Shown: positions 44,764 through 55,027, counted from the first letter of the stretch. The stretch is 64,000 nucleotides of DNA from an uncultured Candidatus Binatia bacterium (GCA_965215605.1 OZ244070.1:3104001-3168000), one strand, 5' to 3'. Notes: generated by a model from the letters alone, not told the origin. Numbers and translations are program-made.

Positions 44764-45693
44764 CTACAGCGGCACCGCCTCGCCTCCCGCCGGGACCTTG
44801 TCCTTGTCGAGTTGCTTCAGCGCCTGATAGACGAAGTCGTGGCCGAACAGCTCGGTCCAGCCTTTCTGCAACCTTCCCACCACGGGGCCGGGCTTGCCCT
44901 CGCCGATGGCGTTGCCGTTGATGCGGGTGAGCGGCAGCACGCAGCGGGAGGTGGTGGTCATGAACGCTTCGTCGGCGTTCATGATGTCGTACAACTGGAA
45001 GTCCGTCTCCTCCACCGGGATGCCGGCGTGTTCGGCGACTTCCAGCACCGCGCCCCGGGTGATCCCCGAGAGGATGTTCTGCACCGGGGCCGTGACCAGG
45101 GTGCCGTTGCGCACGATCCAGAAGTTGGCCGCGGTAAGCTCGGTGACGTTGCCCTCCAGGGTCAGCAACAGGGCATAGGCCTCGGGATCCACCAACTGGG
45201 CCTGCTGCTCCGCCAGCCACAGGTGCATGCGGCTGGTGCTCTTGATCTTGGGGTCCCACACCTGGTTGGGAATGGCGCGGACGCTGGTGGTGACCACGTG
45301 GCCGCCGTAGATGTAGTGGTGGGCGAACTTGTGGAAGGCGATGGGCTCGCACAGGATCACCACCGTGGCCCGTCCGGCCGTGTCAGGCCCCCGGCTGACG
45401 TAGTGGCCCACGAAGTAGTCCTCGTCCGGCCCCAGCAGCCCGCGGTTCTGCTTCACCAACTCCAGGGTAGTCTCGTTCATCTCCTCGTCCGTGAGGCCGG
45501 GGTCCAGCCGCACCGCCTTGAGCGACCGGTAGAGCCGGGCGACGTGCCGGTCCAGGTGAAAGACCTCGCCGCCGAAGGTCCGGGTCCTCTCGAACACCCC
45601 CAGACCCGACAAGAACCCCCGGTCATAGATTGAAATGCTCGCCCGACTCTCGGGCAGGAACTCGCCGTTGACGTATGCCATGCGCTCTGCCAT
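44764..45693 (-). CDS. PLP-dependent aminotransferase class IV
   Basis: SIYDRGF, HLDRHVARL, IKSTSR (PLP Lys), ILSGITR, ADEAFMT. Confidence 0.9.
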   Translation of the reverse strand: MAERMAYVNGEFLPESRASISIYDRGFLSGLGVFERTRTFGGEVFHLDRHVARLYRSLKAVRLDPGLTDEEMNETTLELVKQNRGLLGPDEDYFVGHYVSRGPDTAGRATVVILCEPIAFHKFAHHYIYGGHVVTTSVRAIPNQVWDPKIKSTSRMHLWLAEQQAQLVDPEAYALLLTLEGNVTELTAANFWIVRNGTLVTAPVQNILSGITRGAVLEVAEHAGIPVEETDFQLYDIMNADEAFMTTTSRCVLPLTRINGNAIGEGKPGPVVGRLQKGWTELFGHDFVYQALKQLDKDKVPAGGEAVPL

Positions 45694-45799
45694 GGGTAAC
45701 CCCCTTCAGGTATTGTCTTGCCCTACATCGTAGGACGTTCGACGGGCATCTGTAAACCGGCCGCCCGAGGCGCCCATCGCCGACGGTGCCAGGCCGGCG

Positions 45800-46432
45800 T
45801 CAGCGCGCTTCGAGCAGCAACTGGCACAGCTCCCGGGGCGAATCCACGATGAAATCGGGGTCCTCTTCGGCGAGCGTCGCCCGTGTTTGATAGCCCCAGG
45901 TGACGCCGACGGTGCGGACGCCGGCGCTCCTTCCGTGGCGGATATCGCCGCGGGTATCGCCGATCATGAAGCCTCCGTCCGGAGGGACGCCGAAACACCC
46001 CAGCGCGTGTCGGATCTTCTCGCTCTTGGCGCCCGGCTGTTTGGCATCGAGCACGAGGGAGACGCATTCGTCCACGCCGTTCCGGACCAGGCCCTGCCTT
46101 ACCAAGTGTTCGTAATTGGCGGTGACGATGGCGATGGTATGGCCCTCGGACAGGGTTCTCAGGAGATCGGCGATGCCCGGGAACATGACCGGCTGGTAGC
46201 CCTCCGCTTCCAGGAACGCGTGGGTCCGGCGGGTGTAGCGATCGATGTCGGACTCCGGCACCCCCAGCAGCGCCGCGAGGCCGGCGGCATTCAGGTCCTC
46301 GATGGTCTCGAAGTCGTTCCGGGTGGGCGGCCGCCCGAGTCCGGTGTCCACGGCCGTCCGCCGGAAGGCGCTCAGGAGTTGGTCGAAGGAATCGACGAGG
46401 ACGCCGTCATAGTCGAAATGGAGCAGGTTCAC
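45800..46432 (-). CDS. HAD-family hydrolase
   Basis: FDYDGVLVDS, IVTAN, MIGDTRGDI, VGVTWG. GTG start overlaps the MoxR stop. Confidence 0.88.
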   Translation of the reverse strand: MNLLHFDYDGVLVDSFDQLLSAFRRTAVDTGLGRPPTRNDFETIEDLNAAGLAALLGVPESDIDRYTRRTHAFLEAEGYQPVMFPGIADLLRTLSEGHTIAIVTANYEHLVRQGLVRNGVDECVSLVLDAKQPGAKSEKIRHALGCFGVPPDGGFMIGDTRGDIRHGRSAGVRTVGVTWGYQTRATLAEEDPDFIVDSPRELCQLLLEAR

Positions 46433-47457
46433 GCCGCGGCGTTGCCCTCCGCCGCGGGCCGGACCTCCTCCATCAGTCGTGCGATGATGTCCAGCGACGA
46501 GAGCCCCTCGGCCTGGGCCTTGAAGTTGGGGATGATGCGGTGCCGCATCACCGACGGCGCCATGGCCTGCACGTCTTCCACCGACACCGCGAAGCGGCCG
46601 TCCAGGATGGTCCGTGCCTTGCTTCCCAGCACCAGGAACTGCGACGCCCTCGGCCCCGCGCCCCATTCCACGTAGTTCTTCACCACCTCGGGGGCCTGGG
46701 GGTTGCCGGGACGGGTGGCCTGGGCTAGGGACACCGCGTAATTCACCACGAAGGGCGACACCGGCACCCGGCGCACGAGCTCTTGGTAGCCGGTGATGGC
46801 CGGCCCGTCCATCACCTTGACCGGCGCCGGCTTGTCCGAGGAGGTGGTCTGCAGGACGATCTGGACCTCGTCTTCCAAGGACGGGTAGGACACCTCGATG
46901 TTGAGCATGAAGCGGTCGAGCTGGGCTTCCGGCAGCGGGTAGGTGCCTTCCTGCTCGATGGGGTTTTGGGTGGCGAGGACGAAGAACGGCAGGTCCAGCG
47001 GGTAGGTGGTGCCGCTGGCCGTGACCCGGTACTCCTGCATGGACTGCAGCAGCGCCGCCTGGGTTTTGGGCGGGGTTCGGTTGATCTCGTCCGCCAGCAG
47101 CACGTTGGTGAAGATCGGCCCCCTCAGGAACTGGAACTGCCGCCGTCCGGTGGCGGCGTCCTCCTGGAGGATGTCGGTGCCGGTGATGTCGGACGGCATC
47201 AGGTCGGGGGTGAACTGGATCCGGTTGAATTCCAGGTCGAGCACCTCCGCCAGGGTGCCGATGAGCAGGGTCTTGGCCAGCCCCGGCACTCCCACCAGCA
47301 GGCAGTGGCCCTTGGAGAAGAGGGCGATGAGCACCTCCTCGATGACCTTGTCCTGCCCGACGATGACCTTGCCGATCTCCGCGAGCATGGTCCGGCGTTT
47401 CTGTCCGAAGTCCTCGATGGCCGCCAGTTCCTGATCCAACAATTGCGTCTCGTCCAT
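46429..47457 (-). CDS. moxR: MoxR-family AAA+ ATPase
   Basis: VIVGQ, GVPGLAKT, RIQFTPDLMPSDITG, LLADEINR, ATQNPIEQEGTYPLPEAQLDRF. Confidence 0.95.
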   Translation of the reverse strand: MDETQLLDQELAAIEDFGQKRRTMLAEIGKVIVGQDKVIEEVLIALFSKGHCLLVGVPGLAKTLLIGTLAEVLDLEFNRIQFTPDLMPSDITGTDILQEDAATGRRQFQFLRGPIFTNVLLADEINRTPPKTQAALLQSMQEYRVTASGTTYPLDLPFFVLATQNPIEQEGTYPLPEAQLDRFMLNIEVSYPSLEDEVQIVLQTTSSDKPAPVKVMDGPAITGYQELVRRVPVSPFVVNYAVSLAQATRPGNPQAPEVVKNYVEWGAGPRASQFLVLGSKARTILDGRFAVSVEDVQAMAPSVMRHRIIPNFKAQAEGLSSLDIIARLMEEVRPAAEGNAAA

Positions 47458-47521
47458 GGTGGCAAGCTTCCTTCCGTTGCCTGGAGCCTCGATCGGCCGG
47501 CGGCGTGTCCGCCCCCCGTCC

Positions 47522-49123
47522 CTATGAGGCGGGCAGCTTCCTCATGACCTCGCGGGTCTTGCGCACCCCCGCGTCGTCTCCCGTGGCCTCGTAGACCCCC
47601 ACCAGGACCCGATAGACGCCGGGGTGAAACGGATTGATCTGGAGCGCCTCCAGCAGGGCGCCGCGCGCTCGTGTGTGGTCGCCGGCTTCGTGGTGGAGCC
47701 GCCCGGTCAGGTAATAGGTGTGCACCGCGTCGGGGTCGAGATGCCGGGCCTTCTCCAGGTGCGGCAGGGCCTCGTCGTAGCGCCGGGACTGGATCAGGGT
47801 CTCGCCGAGCCGGTTGAGGATGACCGTGGAGTCGGGCCCGGCCCGTAGCGCCCGGCGGTACTCGGCGCTGGCGGCCCGCAGCCGGCCGCGCTGGCGCAGC
47901 CGGTCTCCCAGATGGGTGCGGTTCCGGGCGATCTCCGACCGGATTTCGGTGAGGTCCACGGAAACCGGCTGGTCTTCCTGCTCCGCGATCTTGAAACGGC
48001 GGATGCGGCTGCCTTGCACGACCGTGAGCCCCTGGCCTTCCACGAAGCGCCGCCAATCCGCCTCGAAGCCGTCCAGCGGCGTACCCATGACCGCTTCGAT
48101 GGCTTCCGCGGTGGAGAGCCGGTTTACCAGCGAAAGCACGTCCCGGATGCCTCCGGGGCCCTTTTGCCGGGTGATGTAGTCCACCGCCGAGGCCACCTCC
48201 GCGTAGGCGAGCTGGACCTGCTCCGGAGTGTCCAGGCGAATGAGGGAGGGCTCCATGTCCTTGAAGCTGACGAACTCCTGCCGTTCGACGGCCGTGGCGA
48301 GCAGGGTCTCGTTGGCCGGCGTGAGGTAGTCCGGCCGCTCGCCTTGCACCGGGTTCCGCCACACGGTTTCGTAGTAGCGCGCGATGCCCTCGTGCAGCCA
48401 GATGGGCGCCTTGTTCCGCGTCATGTTGACGATGACCAGGTGGATGTATTCGTGGACGAGAGAGTCGAGCCACCGGTACCCGTGGGCCATTACCCGCGGC
48501 GAGATGATCATGACCTTGTTGAACTTGCACAGCCCGATAGCGCCGGTCCCCTCGATGTCCCGTTGCGTGAACGTGGTAATGGCGGTGAAGGACTGCACGT
48601 CCGGGGCGATCTCGATCCGCACCTTGCTGCGCGGCTGGTGACCGAGCGCGCGCCCAACCTCCCGGTGCGCCTGTTCCAGCGCCGCCAGCGCGGGTTCCGC
48701 CAGGATGCCGTCGCTCTCTTCGTGGAGGAGAAGCACGAAGTGATCGCTCTCGTAACGCTTGAAGTGCCGGGTGGCGTCGTGTGTCTGCTGCAGCAGCAGC
48801 CGCAGGGCCTGCCGCGGCTCGTTCTCGGCATCGATGGCCAGGGCCTTCTCCACGGTGGCGAGGGCTTGGGCGTAGGAACCTTCGTAGTAGGCCAGCAGCG
48901 CCGCCAGATCCAGCGCGTCCACCGATTGCGGTTGCGTTTCCAGGAGCTGTTCGATGACGGGGCGGGCGTCCTCGACCCGCCACTCTCCCAGGAGCTCTCG
49001 CGCCGTCTCGACGCCGGAACCGTCCGGCGCCGGAGCCGCGGCGTGTCCGGGGGCGGCGGCGAGGAGCATCGCGAGCCACAGGGCTTGGCAGGCGCGTTTC
49101 AGGGATATGGAAGGTGTCGTCAT
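47522..49123 (-). CDS. Secreted TPR protein with a peptidase MA-like HExxH domain
   Basis: Signal peptide, TPR-like helices at both ends, LVHEYIH...PIWLHEGIA. Confidence 0.85.
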   Translation of the reverse strand: MTTPSISLKRACQALWLAMLLAAAPGHAAAPAPDGSGVETARELLGEWRVEDARPVIEQLLETQPQSVDALDLAALLAYYEGSYAQALATVEKALAIDAENEPRQALRLLLQQTHDATRHFKRYESDHFVLLLHEESDGILAEPALAALEQAHREVGRALGHQPRSKVRIEIAPDVQSFTAITTFTQRDIEGTGAIGLCKFNKVMIISPRVMAHGYRWLDSLVHEYIHLVIVNMTRNKAPIWLHEGIARYYETVWRNPVQGERPDYLTPANETLLATAVERQEFVSFKDMEPSLIRLDTPEQVQLAYAEVASAVDYITRQKGPGGIRDVLSLVNRLSTAEAIEAVMGTPLDGFEADWRRFVEGQGLTVVQGSRIRRFKIAEQEDQPVSVDLTEIRSEIARNRTHLGDRLRQRGRLRAASAEYRRALRAGPDSTVILNRLGETLIQSRRYDEALPHLEKARHLDPDAVHTYYLTGRLHHEAGDHTRARGALLEALQINPFHPGVYRVLVGVYEATGDDAGVRKTREVMRKLPAS

Positions 49124-49198
49124 GGAATCCGGTCGGGGCGGCAGCGCGGGCGGGCTTCAAGCCGCCCCAACATTGGCCTCGTGGGGCCTTTTCCCCGG

Positions 49199-52100
49199 TT
49201 ATTGCGACAGCTCCTTGAAATAGCGTTCGACCTGTTCCTTGTAGCGGTCCGGGACGCCCTGCTTCAGCGACTCGAGGACCTCCTGGCGAAACCGCTCGGG
49301 CTTGTAGTCGTCTTTTCCGGGGAGCTTGAACTTCTCCGTATCCAGGCCCGTGAGGTTCTCGTCGATATCGTGGTCGGGGAACTGCGGGGTCCCGGTCGGC
49401 GGCAAGAACTGCCCGGAGGGCAGGAACCGGCCGCGGCGGAACATGCGCACCAGCGGTACCCGCCCGAACCGCCCGCGCTGGGCCATCCGCTGCATGGCCT
49501 GCTGCATCTGCTGGCTCGACTGGGAGAGACGGTTGATGGCTTCCTGTTCCGGCGGAATGGCTTGTCCCGGGCGGAGCGAACCCAGCTCGTGGGCGGCCAC
49601 GCCCATGAAGTCGCCCGCCTCGGCGATGTTGTTGACGATCTTCGGATCCAGCGAGGGGAAGAGCTGGAACAGATGCCGCAGCCTTTCGACCAGGTCCCGG
49701 GTCCGGGCCGCCAACACGTCTTCCCGCGTGGCGAGCTCCCGGACCTCGCCCTTCTGGGGCGGGGTCAGCTCTGGATAGGGCAGGTCCTCGATGGCCCGGT
49801 ACTCCCTCGCCAGCGCCGCCAGTATCGCCAGGGCCGCCTTCTGCGTCTCGTCCAGGGCGCCGATTTCCGCGAGCTCTTCGGTCACCGGCTCCAACTGCTT
49901 GGACAGCGCGTCGAAGTCCCGGTTCTCGGTCATGTCCCGCAGGCCCGACAACAGCCCGCGGACGGCCGCATTCCGCTCGCGTTCCGCCGGCGGCCGGGCC
50001 CGGTCGCTTTCCAGATCGGGAGCGGCGAGCAGATGGGCCAGCACCGCCCTGTCGACCTGGGCGCTGGCCGCAAGCCGCTGAACGGCCTGTTCACGCTGCC
50101 CGTCGATTTCTCGAGTGTTGTCCTTGTGGGTGTTCTCGGTTCCCAGCAGGATTTCCTGCTGTTCCTGGAGAATCTGCTGCAACTCGCCGCTGGAGCGGTT
50201 CATGGCCTCCTGCATGCGGGACATCATGGAACCCTGAGCCTGTTGCTGTCCGCTCCGGAGGGAGGCCGCAAGCTGCGCCATCTGGTTGAAAAGCTCCCGC
50301 GCGAGCTGCATGGCGCCCTCGATGTCGCCTTCCCGGAGCTTTTGGCGGATCTGGTCCATCATGGAGCGCATGTCGGAGAACGGCATGTCGCGCAGGTTGG
50401 CGGGGTTGACGAACTGGTCCGGGACCTGGCTCGCGAACTGCATGAGCGAGGCCTGCAGCTCCTGGAGCTGCAGGGAGAGCTTCGACAGTTCCTTCAGCAC
50501 CTCGTCCAGCTCCTTGTTGCCGCTCCGCAGCTTGTCCAGCGAGTCCAGGAAGCGCTCCTGGTCCTTGACCATGTCCCTGGCAGTGGCCGCCATCTCCTGG
50601 CCGGCAAGCCGTCTGCTCACGTCCTCGCTGAGCATCGACAGTCTTTCGAGTTCCGTGGCCATGGCGTCGTGGGCCTGCTCCCGTTCGGCCGGCGAAACCG
50701 CCTGCCGCATCCCTTCCATGAGCTCGGACCGCGCGTGTTCGAGGTTGCTCTTCAGGGTCTCGAGGTCCGCCCAGGTGGCGAAATCGCTGATGCGGTCCGT
50801 GCGGGTGCGCTCCATGGCCTCGTCCACCCGCTGCATCATCCGGTCGAGGCCCTCCGCCAGCCGCGGCGCCGGGTCGCCCTCCGTCGTGTCGTCGGGAGGG
50901 GCTTCGAGGTGGTCGCCCAGCAGGTCCACCATCTTGTCGGCGATGTCGCGGATCATCTCGGCCACCTGGCGGTGCTCGGCCTTGAGGTTCTTGAGACGGA
51001 GGCTCAGGGGCCGGGACTTGACGAGCTTGGGCCCGGAGATGGTGTCGTTGTCGAGCACTTCCAGGTGGTAGACCACGACGTCGCCTTCCTCCAGGCGAAT
51101 GGTGTCGAGATCCCAGATGAAGGTTTCCTGGAGGGTCCGGGCAGCCTCGTCCCGCCACACCGGGATACGCTCTTCCCGCTCGCCGACGACAGCCACCAGG
51201 GTGATTTCCCGGATCCCGTAGTCGTCGCCGGCGCGGTACTCCAGGGCCAGCCTCTCGTCACCGTTCACCTCCAGGTCTTCCGTCGGTTTGAGCAGCTCCA
51301 CCAGCGGAAAGCCGTCGGGGACGGCCACCATCTCGTAGGGGGCCGGCAGGTTCTCGAAGCCGAAGGCATCCTCCAGGCGGATGCGGTACGGCTGCGAGCG
51401 GAACAGCACGACACTCCCCTGAACGGTGTCGCCGGTGATCTTCAGCGGCACTTCCCGGCCGTCGCCCAAGGCGATGACGGCATGGGTCACGTTCTTGTTG
51501 GCGGCGGCGGAAAAGCTCAGGGTCGAGCCTTTGACGCCGCGGACGTTGCCGCTGTTGAAGGTCTCGTCGGCGAGTCCGGTGTAGTGGGGCGGGTAGAGGG
51601 TCACCTCGAGGCCGGTGACGGCCGGTCGTTCCACCGCCGTGATCGTGTACCACGGGGACTCGAACGGCCCGGTCACGACCTGGTAGACGAGGTCTTCCGA
51701 GACCTCCGGAAGCGTGGCCGCGTACCGGCCGTCTTCAACCTTGTCCATGCCGACGGTCTCAGCCGCCTCGGCCGTCTTCCCGGAACGCGCGGGCTTGAAG
51801 ACGAGCTCGACTCGATCCGGACGGGCTCCGGACGTGGCGGCCTGGACCGGCACCGCGTCACCGCGAATGACGCGCACGTCCCGGGTCGCGACGTGAATGA
51901 AGATGTCCGCCGGCGGCAGGTGTTCCAGCGGGTGCGCCACCAGCGCCAGGGTGCGGCCCGGGAAGTCCGGCTGCCACATGGCCAGGGCGAGCACCGGAGC
52001 GGCCGCCAATGCCAGCAGCCGGGCCTTGGCCCGCAGCGGCCCGACGTCCACCAGGGACGCAGGTTCGATGCGGCGAATCTGTTCGCGGGTCTGGCGGATG

Positions 52101-52489
52101 AGCGCGAGGATCATGGGGGCCGAGGAGCCGGCCGGCCGCGCGGGGTCCGAGAGTTGCGGGTATAGCTGCAGCGAGTTGATGAGATTGTTGCGGAGTTCCG
52201 GCCGTTGCCTCTCGACGGCCCGCGCGGCCCAGGAAAGGCTCCGGGAGGACAGGAAACGCAGCAGCGTCCGCCCCGTGACCAGCAGGACCGTGATGACGGA
52301 GAGTACGCTGAATGCCAGGGGAGCATAGGGCAGGAGCTCCTTGAGTGCGTCCACACCCATGCCCAGGGCCGCCAGTGCTGCCACCGCGGTGCCGGCAAGG
52401 CACAGCGACTCCAGGCCCTGCACCCTCCGTAGCCGGCTCACGAACCGCTGCAGGAAATCGTCTATTGGACGGTAGTCTTCTTCGTGCAT
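49199..52489 (-). CDS. Large membrane-anchored coiled-coil protein (DUF4175-like)
   Basis: N-terminal TM segments, PPHYTG, AGDDYGI, DNDTISGPK, long Gln/Glu-rich helical region, C-terminal PDRYKEQVERYFKEL. Confidence 0.75.
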   Translation of the reverse strand: MHEEDYRPIDDFLQRFVSRLRRVQGLESLCLAGTAVAALAALGMGVDALKELLPYAPLAFSVLSVITVLLVTGRTLLRFLSSRSLSWAARAVERQRPELRNNLINSLQLYPQLSDPARPAGSSAPMILALIRQTREQIRRIEPASLVDVGPLRAKARLLALAAAPVLALAMWQPDFPGRTLALVAHPLEHLPPADIFIHVATRDVRVIRGDAVPVQAATSGARPDRVELVFKPARSGKTAEAAETVGMDKVEDGRYAATLPEVSEDLVYQVVTGPFESPWYTITAVERPAVTGLEVTLYPPHYTGLADETFNSGNVRGVKGSTLSFSAAANKNVTHAVIALGDGREVPLKITGDTVQGSVVLFRSQPYRIRLEDAFGFENLPAPYEMVAVPDGFPLVELLKPTEDLEVNGDERLALEYRAGDDYGIREITLVAVVGEREERIPVWRDEAARTLQETFIWDLDTIRLEEGDVVVYHLEVLDNDTISGPKLVKSRPLSLRLKNLKAEHRQVAEMIRDIADKMVDLLGDHLEAPPDDTTEGDPAPRLAEGLDRMMQRVDEAMERTRTDRISDFATWADLETLKSNLEHARSELMEGMRQAVSPAEREQAHDAMATELERLSMLSEDVSRRLAGQEMAATARDMVKDQERFLDSLDKLRSGNKELDEVLKELSKLSLQLQELQASLMQFASQVPDQFVNPANLRDMPFSDMRSMMDQIRQKLREGDIEGAMQLARELFNQMAQLAASLRSGQQQAQGSMMSRMQEAMNRSSGELQQILQEQQEILLGTENTHKDNTREIDGQREQAVQRLAASAQVDRAVLAHLLAAPDLESDRARPPAERERNAAVRGLLSGLRDMTENRDFDALSKQLEPVTEELAEIGALDETQKAALAILAALAREYRAIEDLPYPELTPPQKGEVRELATREDVLAARTRDLVERLRHLFQLFPSLDPKIVNNIAEAGDFMGVAAHELGSLRPGQAIPPEQEAINRLSQSSQQMQQAMQRMAQRGRFGRVPLVRMFRRGRFLPSGQFLPPTGTPQFPDHDIDENLTGLDTEKFKLPGKDDYKPERFRQEVLESLKQGVPDRYKEQVERYFKELSQ

Positions 52490-52704
52490 GAGCGCCCTCG
52501 CGATGGTGGCCGTTGTGGGGCACCTCTCGGGGTCCGTGCCGTCCTGCTCATTCTAGAACTTTTTTTCGGATACACAAGGGCGCCGGACCCGTCGCGGGTG
52601 AGGCGGAAGCCGTCCGCGGCCAATCTGGCAACTCACCTGGGCTTGTGCTATGAACCATGCCTTGCCTGCACTCCCCATGGACCCCGTTGAAAGGACCCTG
52701 TTGA

Positions 52705-54285
52705 ATGGACCGCGACTTCACGGAAACGCCCCTCGTCTGTCACGAAGGACACGAAGACCACGACCATGACGCGCCTCTGCCCGACGAAGACCACCCCATG
52801 TGGCGGTCCGAGCGCATCTCGTTGACCTCCGTCGGCATCGATATCGGCTCGTCCACTTCCCATCTCATCTTCTCCCGATTGATCCTCCGCCGGCAGGGCA
52901 TCTCCCTGTCCAGCCGCTTCGTCGTGATCAAGCGGGAGGTCGTCTACGAGTCGCCGATCCTGCTTACGCCTTACGTCGACAAGCTGACCATCGATACGGA
53001 GAAGCTGAACGACTTCATACACGACGCCTACGCCCGCGCCGGCCTTACCCGGAGCGATATCGATACCGGCGCGCTGATCGTCACCGGCGAGGCCGCCAAG
53101 AAGAAGAACGCCGAGGCCATCGCGGCCTTGTTCGCGGAGGAGGCCGGCAAGTTCGTCTGCGCCACCGCCGGCCACAACCTCGAGGCGATCCTGGCCGCGT
53201 ACGGCTCGGGTGCGGTGGCGGCGTCGACCCGTGACGGCGAGGTCGTATGCATGAACGTGGACGTCGGCGGCGGCACCAGCAAGATTGCCATCACCCGCGG
53301 CGGACAGGTGGTGGACACCGCGGCGCTGGAGGTCGGCGCCCGTCTGGTGGCCATGGATGAGAGTCGGAAGATCAACCGGCTCGAGGATGCCGGCGCCCGG
53401 ATCGGTGAGGCCAGCGGGTTGTCGCTGGTCCTCGGCGCGAAGCTGGACGAGGGCGACAAGGAAAGGATGGCCGGCACGTTGAGCGGCTGTCTCCTGGAAG
53501 TGTTGGGCCGCGGACCTTTGTCTCCCTTGACCCAGGAGCTCATGCTGACGCCGGCGCTGTCCTATCGGGAGCCGATTCACTCCGTCCAGTTCTCCGGCGG
53601 AGTCTCGGAGTATGTCTACGGCTACGAGACCGCGGACAAGGGCGATCTGGGCAACCATGTGGGCCGGAAGATCCGCGACGGCGTCGTGGAGTTGGCGACC
53701 CGTGAATCGTGGGAGTTCAAGGAACCCGAGGTGCGCATCCGCGCCACGGTCATCGGCGCTTCCCAGTACACGGTGCAGGTGAGCGGCAACACCATCTTCC
53801 TTTCCGACGAGTCCCTGCTGCCGTTGCGCAATCTCCAGGTCATCACGCCGCGCTTCCGTCAGGCCGAGCCGCTGACCACGGAGGACGTCCGGAGTTCCGT
53901 CGAAAGCGCGCTGCAGCGGTTCGATATGGCCGACGGCGATCGCGGAGCCGCGCTGGCGCTCCACTGGGAGCTGGGGCCTTCCTATCCCCTCATCAAGACG
54001 CTGGCCACCGGAGTGGTGGAAGGCATGAGGGCGCATCTCCGCCAAGGCCGGCATCTCGTGCTGGTGTTCGATGCCGACATCGCCAAGTTGGTGGGTAACA
54101 TCATCGACAAGGAGATCCGTCCCGGCACCGGGGTCATCTCCATCGACGGCATCGACCTCAAGGATTTCGATTTCGTTGACATCGGCGAGGAGTTGCCGGA
54201 CGCCAAGGCCGTGCCGGTGGTGATCAAGTCGCTGATCTTCCGTCACGAGGAATGGGGCAGGGGGCGTTTGCTGGCCAACGGCTGA
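52705..54285 (+). CDS. eutA: EutA-like ASKHA ATPase (B12-enzyme reactivating factor family)
   Basis: SVGIDIGSSTSHLIFS, SPILLTP, TGALIVTGE, FVCATAG, DVGGGTS, FSGGV, IRATVIGAS, VPVVIKSLIF. Confidence 0.85.
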   Translation: MDRDFTETPLVCHEGHEDHDHDAPLPDEDHPMWRSERISLTSVGIDIGSSTSHLIFSRLILRRQGISLSSRFVVIKREVVYESPILLTPYVDKLTIDTEKLNDFIHDAYARAGLTRSDIDTGALIVTGEAAKKKNAEAIAALFAEEAGKFVCATAGHNLEAILAAYGSGAVAASTRDGEVVCMNVDVGGGTSKIAITRGGQVVDTAALEVGARLVAMDESRKINRLEDAGARIGEASGLSLVLGAKLDEGDKERMAGTLSGCLLEVLGRGPLSPLTQELMLTPALSYREPIHSVQFSGGVSEYVYGYETADKGDLGNHVGRKIRDGVVELATRESWEFKEPEVRIRATVIGASQYTVQVSGNTIFLSDESLLPLRNLQVITPRFRQAEPLTTEDVRSSVESALQRFDMADGDRGAALALHWELGPSYPLIKTLATGVVEGMRAHLRQGRHLVLVFDADIAKLVGNIIDKEIRPGTGVISIDGIDLKDFDFVDIGEELPDAKAVPVVIKSLIFRHEEWGRGRLLANG

Positions 54286-54373
54286 CGGGTGGCACGCACC
54301 TCGCGGTCAGTGAACGGACTGTTGGGAGTGGAGGGGCCGGTCAAGCCTGGCCCGACCCCAGCCGCGGACGCGA

Positions 54374-55027
54374 CTAGTGCGCCACTTGGGCCATCGCCAT
54401 GGTAATGGACACTTCGATCTCGGCGATGACGCTGCCGACCTCGCGGCCGATGAGGTCCATGACGCGGAGTTGCTCGATGCGGGGACGGACCCGCTCCATC
54501 TCCCGTTCCGAGAAGATGTCGCCCAGAATGTCGCAGGCGTCCACCAGGCAGACTAGCGCGATGTCCCGCGGGTCGGGCATGTCGTCGGACAACAGCACGT
54601 CCTCCATGCGCAGCTTCACGGCCCGTTCCGTGCGTCCGTCGATGGTGGGATAGCGGCGGGAATGGAACACCCACAGGAACTTCTCGTCCTTGGACTCGAG
54701 AATGCCGTGCTCGATGAGGTTGTTCATGGCCCGCTGGCGGATATCGCCGGCCTGCTCTCTGGCCAGCAGCTCCACCCACCCCTTGGTATCCAGGGTCGCT
54801 TCCGACCGTGTGATGCGCCCGAGTGCCCCGTCGAGCAGCGGGTTGCCGGTCGGTGTCGGGTCGATCACCTGGAGCTTCTCGGGATCGGTGTCGATGCGGT
54901 TGGCGAAGGCGAGGTCCATCAGCACGGCGCCCACCAGGACCTGCTCCACGGCTCCGCCCCGGACCGGCAGGAACAGGCCGTCGTCGTCGAGCATTAGCAG
55001 CAGGATTTCTTCGGTGAATGTAAGCAT
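54374..55027 (-). CDS. GPP34/GOLPH3 (Vps74) family protein
   Basis: LTFTEEILLLMLDD, GAVLMDLA, PTGNPLLD, LIEHGIL, RRYP. Confidence 0.85.
   Translation of the reverse strand: MLTFTEEILLLMLDDDGLFLPVRGGAVEQVLVGAVLMDLAFANRIDTDPEKLQVIDPTPTGNPLLDGALGRITRSEATLDTKGWVELLAREQAGDIRQRAMNNLIEHGILESKDEKFLWVFHSRRYPTIDGRTERAVKLRMEDVLLSDDMPDPRDIALVCLVDACDILGDIFSEREMERVRPRIEQLRVMDLIGREVGSVIAEIEVSITMAMAQVAH

Noticed and set aside
47912-52165. 1417-aa + strand ORF, and other long antisense ORFs (e.g. 12702..15047, 19495..21768, 35470..37779, 55629..58148)
   Set aside because: Shadow ORFs opposite well-supported genes. They are expected in high-GC DNA with strong codon bias and have no recognisable motifs.
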